A DNA stretch of 28,277 nucleotides from a virus. The DNA lies in the IMG/VR virus record IMGVR_UViG_3300045988_062674, positions 1 through 28,277 of that record; one strand, written 5' to 3'. The notes beneath the pieces are model-generated. The model had not been told where the DNA came from and did no database searches. It was given only the letters and a program-made list of their open reading frames with translations. This document shows positions 1 to 5,758 of the stretch, piece by piece. Made by a program: the position numbers and the translations under genes. Numbering within the stretch: position 1 is the stretch's first letter; each line of letters begins with the position of its first letter.

Positions 1-20
1 ATCATGTTGTATGTGTTTAT

Positions 21-242
21 ATGGCAGATGAAAAGTTTATTAGGTGTAATTATGATAAGAATGGTATACTCGTTATTAAGCATTATATTTGTGAATCTCA
101 ATTCAAAAGTTTATATAAAAAGTTTTTAGATAATGAAATTGATTGCTTAAACTATGAAGACGTAATGAATGGCTGCAATAAGTTTTATCTAAAATCAGAT
201 GAAGATTATAAAAAGTTTATGAGAATATTACTTGATGTGTAG
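21..242 (+). CDS. hypothetical small phage protein (73 aa)
   Basis: Open frame with balanced K/D/E/Y-rich composition. The RBS cannot be judged because the ORF is at the window edge. No family recognised. Several K-F (AAG TTT) dipeptides. Confidence 0.45.
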   Translation: MADEKFIRCNYDKNGILVIKHYICESQFKSLYKKFLDNEIDCLNYEDVMNGCNKFYLKSDEDYKKFMRILLDV

Positions 243-264
243 AAAGTTTTTTAGGAGTGATGAA

Positions 265-450
265 ATGGACGAAAATAAGTTTCCTTATAAAGAAGTTTTT
301 GTGAAGTATGATAATGTACAAATTAGTGTTGTTTGTTCTAAGATGGTTGAAAAAGTTTTTGAATACAATGCGCATGATGATGAAGATGTGCCTGTGAATT
401 ATGTTTATTATGTGAAGAAAGAAAAGTTTTCGCAGTTGTGTTATAAGTGA
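265..450 (+). CDS. hypothetical small phage protein (61 aa)
   Basis: ATG 265 lies 8 nt after AGGAG (252-256). The track ORF starts at 232 but has no RBS there. No family recognised. The 3' part overlaps convergent ORF 338..844. Confidence 0.45.
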   Translation: MDENKFPYKEVFVKYDNVQISVVCSKMVEKVFEYNAHDDEDVPVNYVYYVKKEKFSQLCYK

Positions 451-844
451 AAAGCAAAGATTTTGAGCCTGGTTTACAGATCTTAAAAAGATCCTTATTT
501 AATATGTCAATATAACACTTGTAAATTTTGAAATAATAACAGATATCTTTTATTTCTTGAATATCTGGTGTATATAACTCTTTTTTTGCTTCAGTATTGA
601 AAAACAATTGAATATCATAATTGAAAAGCTTGTCAAGATCATGCGCAACGAACAACCTCAAGTCATTTGTTTGAGCTGCTGCATACATGCATTTATTATG
701 ATTAAACTTAAAACCGTGATCTTTTAAAATTTTTTCAGTAGAAGCGCTGGGAGTCCCTAACGTTTCAACATAAATGTGCGGTTGTTTTCTTTCGTTTGTA
801 ACATAATAATTGAAATGAGTTCGTTCACGCTTCCACATTGTCAT
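338..844 (-). CDS. hypothetical protein (168 aa), last gene of minus-strand operon
   Basis: ATG 844 lies 8 nt after AGGAGG (858-853, minus strand) and overlaps the upstream gene by 20 nt. The segment LKDHGFKFNHNKCMY loosely resembles small K.WY-type domains of primase-associated proteins (weak, by eye). The last ~35 codons overlap the + ORF 265..450 and look low quality. Confidence 0.55.
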   Translation of the reverse strand: MTMWKRERTHFNYYVTNERKQPHIYVETLGTPSASTEKILKDHGFKFNHNKCMYAAAQTNDLRLFVAHDLDKLFNYDIQLFFNTEAKKELYTPDIQEIKDICYYFKIYKCYIDILNKDLFKICKPGSKSLLFTYNTTAKTFLSSHNKHNSQAHLHHHAHCIQKLFQPS

Positions 845-1070
845 TTTTAAGCCCTCCTAAAATATCCAAAATACATAAAGTATTTACAAGTTGCCAAAGT
901 TCACACGGTTTTAGCATCCATGCAATTACATCCATGCCATAACTGAGATCATATAGCCCATTTAAATGTCTATTTATTGAAAAAGGCATTATACTATTTG
1001 CCTTTAGACTATTTGCGTTGAGCTGATCAATCTTTTTTTCTACTGATTCAATATATTCTTTGTTATTCAT
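825..1070 (-). CDS. hypothetical protein (81 aa)
   Basis: ATG 1070 lies 8 nt after GGAGG. The track start at 1085 falls inside that RBS. Begins 3 nt after the upstream stop. Predicted helical; no family recognised. Confidence 0.6.
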   Translation of the reverse strand: MNNKEYIESVEKKIDQLNANSLKANSIMPFSINRHLNGLYDLSYGMDVIAWMLKPCELWQLVNTLCILDILGGLKNDNVEA

Positions 1071-1072
1071 TT

Positions 1073-1345
1073 TTAAAACCTCCATTCATTATCTTCAAAA
1101 ATCTTTATAACAAGTGTATAAAGCTCTTTACTTACTTGTTTAGAATCACTTAATAATTGATCGTAATAAATATTTATTACTTTTTCATTTTCAATATAAG
1201 CAAGATCATATATAAATGATTCGATATGATCCGCAAGACATTCATATAAAAAGTCATATACGACAAAATTACCAGAAATAAGATCATTCATATATGATCT
1301 TATTCTTGCATATTTATGCAATAATTTAACTTCTAAAAGTTCCAT
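1073..1345 (-). CDS. hypothetical protein (90 aa)
   Basis: ATG 1345 is preceded by AGGAGG (1358-1353, minus strand). Helical, Y/D/E/L-rich. No family recognised. Confidence 0.65.
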   Translation of the reverse strand: MELLEVKLLHKYARIRSYMNDLISGNFVVYDFLYECLADHIESFIYDLAYIENEKVINIYYDQLLSDSKQVSKELYTLVIKIFEDNEWRF

Positions 1346-1362
1346 TGTTTAACCTCCTGCAA

Positions 1363-1512
1363 TTAATAAATAAGTGGTAGTAAAATATTTAAAAGGCCCA
1401 ATATTATACCTATAATCAATGTAGATGTGCACGCTGCTAAATACAATTTTAAAAATGCAAGTATGAGCACCTGGACGGCGCTCATCTTTTCAAGATCTTT
1501 GCGGGTTAACAT
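1363..1512 (-). CDS. small hydrophobic membrane peptide (49 aa), not in ORF track
   Basis: Hand translation: MLTRKDLEKMSAVQVLILAFLKLYLAACTSTLIIGIILGLLNILLPLIY. The ATG at 1512 follows the stop of the upstream gene (1514-1516) after a single spacer nucleotide. It fills the otherwise empty gap in the operon. One or two TM-like hydrophobic stretches. Confidence 0.5.
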   Translation of the reverse strand: MLTRKDLEKMSAVQVLILAFLKLYLAACTSTLIIGIILGLLNILLPLIY

Positions 1513-1513
1513 G

Positions 1514-2032
1514 TTAGAAACCTTCTTTCAAGTAAGCTGAATATTGTTTTCTAGTTTCTTCTAACCAATCCATATCCCAATCACTTTTTTCATCGGTAAG
1601 CCATTGTTTGAATTCATTATCTTTTCTAGCTTCTTCTACTAACTTCCATTCTTGGAAGCTTTCCAAGTTTTCTAGATCGTCAATTGTAAAATAATCATCG
1701 TTATAATTAAAATTACCAAACAAAGTCATTCTTACAATTTCATCTGGTTCATTGCCTGCTAAACATTCATTAAGTTCATCATTACTTAATTCATAATATT
1801 CTTCATTATAGCGGTCACTTCTAAACTCAAACCATAAAGAAAGAAGTTCATCATCATACATATTTTCAAGAATTTCATCGCCAAGCGCTTCCATAATTGC
1901 GCCGTCTGTAGAATGTGCAAAATCGTCGTATTGTGTAGCCATATAAGCCACGTATTTAGCTGAAGTTTCATAAATAGATAACATTTTCTTTTTTAGCCCG
2001 TCTATGGTAGAATAGAAAAGCAATATATACAA
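1514..2032 (-). CDS. strongly acidic hypothetical protein (172 aa); candidate DNA-mimic/anti-restriction-type protein
   Basis: TTG 2032 lies 11 nt after AGGAGG (2049-2044); the alternative start is ATG 1984. By my count it has roughly 40 D/E against about a dozen K/R, plus many W/Y/F. No ArdA/Ocr motif recognised, so function is inferred from composition only. Confidence 0.6.
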   Translation of the reverse strand: MYILLFYSTIDGLKKKMLSIYETSAKYVAYMATQYDDFAHSTDGAIMEALGDEILENMYDDELLSLWFEFRSDRYNEEYYELSNDELNECLAGNEPDEIVRMTLFGNFNYNDDYFTIDDLENLESFQEWKLVEEARKDNEFKQWLTDEKSDWDMDWLEETRKQYSAYLKEGF

Positions 2033-2120
2033 GACGGGATTAACCTCCTGAATTTTGTGTATATTTGCCGTTGTTGTGAACTCCTGGAAGCGGCCAAACT
2101 TGAAAGGGGTTCACGTTTTT

Positions 2121-2348
2121 TTATTTGCTTTTGTTCATGTCTTTTTCAATCAAATCTATTATATAAGCGGTTTTACTTGGTTGTTTATCAAGCCATTTAA
2201 TAAGATCTATATTTTCTTTTTTTACTCTAAATTCGTATTTTCTGTAATTGGCTTTATTAAATTCTTTTATATATTCTATTTGATCGAAAGAACCACTTTT
2301 TTTTCTTACAATGTTTACACCTCCTAAACTTGAAAAAATGAAAGACAC
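2121..2348 (-). CDS. ribbon-helix-helix (Arc/MetJ/CopG-like) DNA-binding protein, first gene of minus-strand operon
   Basis: ...RKKSGSFDQIEYIKEFNKANYRKYEFRVKKENIDLIKWLDKQPSKTAYIIDLIEKDM matches the short RHH pattern common in Firmicutes phages and plasmids (beta strand then two helices). The start is ambiguous: GTG 2348 lacks an RBS, whereas AGGAGG (2325-2320) sits 7 nt before an in-frame ATT at 2312. Confidence 0.6.
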   Translation of the reverse strand: MSFIFSSLGGVNIVRKKSGSFDQIEYIKEFNKANYRKYEFRVKKENIDLIKWLDKQPSKTAYIIDLIEKDMNKSK

Positions 2349-2376
2349 GGTTTATAATATAAATGGTTATTTAATT

Positions 2377-2414
2377 AGGTTTGTTATTAGTGATATAGCA
2401 CTTTTAACAAACCT
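2377..2414. promoter_or_regulatory. 9-bp perfect inverted repeat AGGTTTGTT / AACAAACCT (20-nt spacer), candidate operator of the minus-strand operon
   Basis: Read directly from the sequence. Lies 30-65 bp upstream of the RHH gene start, in the AT-rich divergent control region, and is followed by a T-run on the + strand. Confidence 0.3.
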
Positions 2415-2595
2415 TTTTATTTGTGGCTTTATAAGTGTTATATCAATTTCAAAATCTAATTTGATATTTATGGATATTTTTGTTTTCATAAATATCACCG
2501 CTTTCTATTATGCGGAGTTTAACCGTGTCAACTTTATAAGTTTGACCCGTGTCTTTTGTGTAAGCTTTTTATTTAGCTTACACTTACATTATAAG

Positions 2596-2611
2596 CATAT
2601 GCATGCATATG
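2596..2611. promoter_or_regulatory. perfect 16-bp palindrome CATATGCATGCATATG
   Basis: Read directly. Located in the ORF-free divergent region, next to a 9-bp-stem hairpin GTGTAAGCT/AGCTTACAC (2557-2583). Candidate dimeric regulator site. Confidence 0.3.
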
Positions 2612-2767
2612 TCAACAAAAAATTAATAATATTTTTTTGTGCTCATTTTTTCAAAAAGCTTTTATCTTTGTAAACGTGTACGCAAGCACCTATTTATAAG
2701 GCTTTTAAGCGTGTTTGCGTTTAGTCTTATAAGATATAGTTATCAGACTTGTATATATGTACTATAT

Positions 2768-2792
2768 GGACGTGGTAAGCGTCCCTTTTTTT
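2768..2792 (+). terminator. orphan intrinsic-terminator-like hairpin (GGACG-7nt-CGTCC + T7)
   Basis: 5-bp GC-rich stem followed by seven T. No + strand CDS lies upstream to terminate. Confidence 0.35.
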
Positions 2793-2897
2793 GTGGGCGT
2801 TGCTTCAGTTCCAGGAAGACAAGTGACACGCTTAACCATATGGAACGGGTGCGCATGCGTTCTATTAATAGAGTCATGGCCATGTTATGAAACAACG

Positions 2898-2930
2898 CTT
2901 TCAACAAGTCATGTTGAAACATCTTTCAAC
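2898..2930. repeat. CTTTCAAC / GTTGAAA / CTTTCAAC triple element (mutually exclusive hairpins); also CATGTT..GAAACA direct repeat
   Basis: Read directly: 2898-2905, 2913-2919 and 2923-2930. The middle arm can pair with either flank. Lies in the GC-richer ORF-free leader upstream of HNH/terminase. Confidence 0.4.
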
Positions 2931-3156
2931 ACAATAATAAATATATGAATGTCATATGATTGAAGCCATGAACGTGGTTGTGTGGTGGTAGCTGCATAGG
3001 TTTGATTTTTAACCCTGAAAGCGCCTAGGGCTGGGATCAGATCAGCATAGACCCCCCCTATCTTTCAAAAGTTTTTTGCATTTTGGGGAACGGCGTGGGG
3101 AGTTCAAAAAAACTGGGTTATGAGCGCATGAGAGGGGGTAAAATCTGAATTTCTTC

Positions 3157-3175
3157 ATTTTGTACAGTGTACAAA
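3157..3175 (+). promoter_or_regulatory. conserved 19-nt element ATTTTGTACAGTGTACAAA, copy 1 (tandem TGTACA-G-TGTACA)
   Basis: Identical 19-mer recurs at 26824-26842. This copy lies about 210 nt upstream of the first packaging gene. Confidence 0.5.
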
Positions 3176-3270
3176 GAAAAACCGTGATATTCTGTAGTCG
3201 TGAAGATTGGAAAACATCTTCTGAACAAACAAGGTAGTTCTTGGATTGTTTCATTATTTCGTGCCCGTTG

Positions 3271-3300
3271 AAAAAGACCTGTGGAAACATGGGTCTTTTT
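3271..3300. terminator. bidirectional terminator-like hairpin AAAAAGACC...GGTCTTTTT
   Basis: A5-GACC(TGT) GGAA (ACA)..GGTC-T5 between the 19-nt element and the HNH gene. The A-run/T-run symmetry allows action on both strands. Confidence 0.45.
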
Positions 3301-3310
3301 CATATCACTG

Positions 3311-3377
3311 CATTCAAAGTGTTTACTGTTTAGATTTCCGTCCTTTCCTTTAAATCTGTTAACTAAAACTTTGAATG
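3311..3377 (+). promoter_or_regulatory. 67-nt imperfect hairpin abutting the HNH start codon
   Basis: CATTCAAAGT (3311-3320) pairs perfectly with ACTTTGAATG (3368-3377). Inner stems are TTTA/TAAA and AGATTT/AAATCT. The 3' arm ends 8 nt before ATG 3385, which has no obvious SD. Confidence 0.4.
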
Positions 3378-3384
3378 TAGCGAT

Positions 3385-3771
3385 ATGAAAAAATATTATG
3401 GTTCAGAAGCAACAAAAACAGGTGCTAGAAATTATGCTAGAAAATTTTACTCAAGCAAGGCTTGGGAAAAGAAAAGTAAAGCGTATAGAAAGGCACATCC
3501 ACTTTGTGAAAGATGTTTGAAAAAAGGTATCTATACCAGGTCGACTTGCGTGCACCACAAAGTGCACATTGACCAGGACAACTATAGAGATGTACACATT
3601 CTATTTGGCGATTCTAATTTGGAAGCGTTGTGTGACTTATGTCATGCAGAAGAACATTCCGAACGTAAACCATCTTTTGAATTTGATGAAAACGGAATGC
3701 TTATAGGATGTGGAAGGGAGGATGATGAATGCAAAAAGGAGCATGGAAAAAAAGAATCAATTCACAACTAG
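3385..3771 (+). CDS. HNH endonuclease (packaging-associated)
   Basis: CERC...CVHHKVH...NLEALCDLCHAEEH motif set (Cys pairs, HH and H-N-H) in a small 128-aa protein directly upstream of the terminase genes. Confidence 0.9.
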   Translation: MKKYYGSEATKTGARNYARKFYSSKAWEKKSKAYRKAHPLCERCLKKGIYTRSTCVHHKVHIDQDNYRDVHILFGDSNLEALCDLCHAEEHSERKPSFEFDENGMLIGCGREDDECKKEHGKKESIHN

Positions 3772-4103
3772 AGAATTTAGGCACATTTTCTCCTGAATAT
3801 TCGGTTGTGGTTGATTCACTTGCAGATGCCTTGGCCCAATACGATTCGACAATGAAGCAATGGAGAGATTCAAGTAAAGCAAATGGCTACAAATCACTAC
3901 AGATGGTTGTTGAATATACGAACAAGGGCGGTGCAACGAATTTATCGCGCTCGCCATACTACATTATTACCGTTCAATTACGTGATCAAATCATGAAATA
4001 CTGCAAAGAACTTGGCTTGTCACCTACTTCACTATCAAAGACAACAGAAGTATCCGAAAAAAAAGGTGATGAATTGGATGAGTTCATGAGCAGATTTAAA
4101 TGA
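3729..4103 (+). CDS. terS: terminase small subunit (P27-family-like)
   Basis: ATG 3729 lies 8 nt after GGGAGG. 124 aa. Matches by position and by ...GGATNLSRSPYY...LRDQIMKYCKELGLSP, typical of P27-type small subunits. Overlaps the HNH 3' end. Confidence 0.8.
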   Translation: MQKGAWKKRINSQLENLGTFSPEYSVVVDSLADALAQYDSTMKQWRDSSKANGYKSLQMVVEYTNKGGATNLSRSPYYIITVQLRDQIMKYCKELGLSPTSLSKTTEVSEKKGDELDEFMSRFK

Positions 4104-5758
4104 AATATTTAGACATTTATAAAGAACGTATTAAATCGGGTGAAGATGTAGTCGGTAAGTGGATAAAGCTTAATCTTCAATATGTTGAAAGAGGTTTAGC
4201 AAATGGAGATTTCTTCTATGATGAGAAAAAAGCAGAAATGCATATAGCGTTTATTGAAACGTTTTGTCATCACGTAGAAGGAAAAACAACAAAAGTAAAG
4301 CTTGAGCCTTGGCAAAAATATTATATTGCGTGCATATTCGGACTTGTTGATAAGAATGGAAAAAGGCAGTTTCGTGAAATACCTACGGTCATGGGCCGAA
4401 AACAAGGAAAATCATTTCTATGTGCAGGTATTGAACTTGATGTTGGATTTACATCGGATGAAGCAGGTATGCAGATATACAATATAGCGCCAAAGTTAAA
4501 ACAAGCGCAGATCATTTACAATGTTCTGTATCAAATGATGGAACACTCTAAAGCGTTGAGTCAAAGAGTGAAAAAACGTAGAACAGATATCTACATGAAA
4601 CAGAACAACTGTAGATGGGAGCCAATTGCCTTTGCATCTAAAAAATCAGACGGATTTAACCCATATTTGACAATCTTTGATGAGTTTGCAGCCTGGGAAG
4701 GGGAAGCGGGTATGAAAATGTACAACGTTATGTTGTCGGCAGGTGGTGCAAGACCTGATCCACTTTATATTCCTGTAAGTACCGCAAACTATATTGATGA
4801 AGGATTATATGATGAATTATTTGTTCGTGGAACATCTGTTTTACTTGGTACGTCTGATGAAAAACAAATGTTGCCTTTCTTTTATATGATTGATGATATT
4901 CAAAAATGGGATGATCCTATTGAATTAAGAAAAGCAATGCCAAACCTTGGAATATCGGTTTCTTATGAATATTTGCAGAATGAAATTTTAAAAGCACATA
5001 GCTCACCTACATATAAGGCGGAGTTCATAACAAAGTATGCGAATATCAAACAGAATTCAACAGAAGCATTATTCAGTGCAGAAGATATTAACAAAGTTAA
5101 AGGTGAAGAACTTAGATTTGAAGATTTTGCACATACATATGCAGTTGGTGGAATTGACTTGTCACAGACAACCGATTTAACAGCCGCATCTGTAGTTATA
5201 CGAATTCAAAAACAAGACTACATATTTACTCATTTTTGGCTTCCAACATTAAAAATCAAGGAGCTAGAAGAAAGAGACAAAATACCATATACAAGATTTA
5301 TTCAATTGGGATATTTAAGTCCAAGTGGGGAAAACTTTGTACGGTATGAAGATGTTACGGAATGGTTTGAAATGCTACGTAAGAAATACAAGATTTATTG
5401 CGTGGTCGTTGGATATGACCGTTATTCGGCTCAGTATCTTGTGGACGATATGAAGAAATACGGATACAAGATGGATGATGTTATTCAGGGTACTAACCTT
5501 ACACCAGTTATTAATGAATTTACGGGATATGTAAGAGATGGATTTGTTCATACAGGAACAAACGGACTTTTACAAGCACATATGTCTAGTGTTGCATTAA
5601 AGAAAGTTGCAGAAGACAATCGTGTTCGCATGATTAAAACTGATCCAAGAAAACATATTGATGGGTATGCATCTGTTATTGATGCATATACAGTAAGACA
5701 AAAATGGTGGGATACATTCAAGTACCGCCTTGAAAACGAGAAAAGGAAGGTGAATTAG
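4100..5758 (+). CDS. terL: terminase large subunit
   Basis: 552 aa. Walker-A-like GRKQGKS, IFDEFAAW (Walker B) and a C-terminal nuclease-like region (VGGIDLS...DGYASVIDA). ATGA overlap with terS. Confidence 0.95.
   Translation: MKYLDIYKERIKSGEDVVGKWIKLNLQYVERGLANGDFFYDEKKAEMHIAFIETFCHHVEGKTTKVKLEPWQKYYIACIFGLVDKNGKRQFREIPTVMGRKQGKSFLCAGIELDVGFTSDEAGMQIYNIAPKLKQAQIIYNVLYQMMEHSKALSQRVKKRRTDIYMKQNNCRWEPIAFASKKSDGFNPYLTIFDEFAAWEGEAGMKMYNVMLSAGGARPDPLYIPVSTANYIDEGLYDELFVRGTSVLLGTSDEKQMLPFFYMIDDIQKWDDPIELRKAMPNLGISVSYEYLQNEILKAHSSPTYKAEFITKYANIKQNSTEALFSAEDINKVKGEELRFEDFAHTYAVGGIDLSQTTDLTAASVVIRIQKQDYIFTHFWLPTLKIKELEERDKIPYTRFIQLGYLSPSGENFVRYEDVTEWFEMLRKKYKIYCVVVGYDRYSAQYLVDDMKKYGYKMDDVIQGTNLTPVINEFTGYVRDGFVHTGTNGLLQAHMSSVALKKVAEDNRVRMIKTDPRKHIDGYASVIDAYTVRQKWWDTFKYRLENEKRKVN

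Noticed and set aside
1514-2032. Naming the acidic protein ArdA or Ocr
   Set aside because: Only the charge composition fits. I could not align it by eye to the ArdA (e.g. Tn916 Orf18) or Ocr sequences I remember, so no family name or gene symbol is assigned.
2669-2700. Sigma-A-like promoter TTGTAA-17nt-TATTTA that could drive a small RNA ending at the 2768-2792 terminator
   Set aside because: The hexamer matches are weak (about 4/6 and 3/6) in AT-rich DNA where such matches are frequent. It is therefore kept only as a possibility under the leader-region finding.
2055-2948. + strand ORFs 2055..2327, 2311..2673, 2639..2890 and 2757..2948 from the track
   Set aside because: Their translations are F/I/L- or C/R-rich low-complexity strings with no RBS. 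The first is antisense to the well-supported RHH gene. They were treated as non-coding control region.
3042-3303. Minus-strand ORFs 3042..3290 and 3118..3303
   Set aside because: They overlap each other in different frames, have no RBS and have junk-like composition (C/R/F/P-rich). They span the conserved 19-nt element and the terminator hairpin, so the region is better explained as structured non-coding DNA/RNA.
4057-4064. A8 run near the 3' end of terS as another frameshift site
   Set aside because: The -1 frame hits TGA after one codon (AGG TGA), so no extension is possible. This contrasts with the capsid and chaperone poly-A sites.
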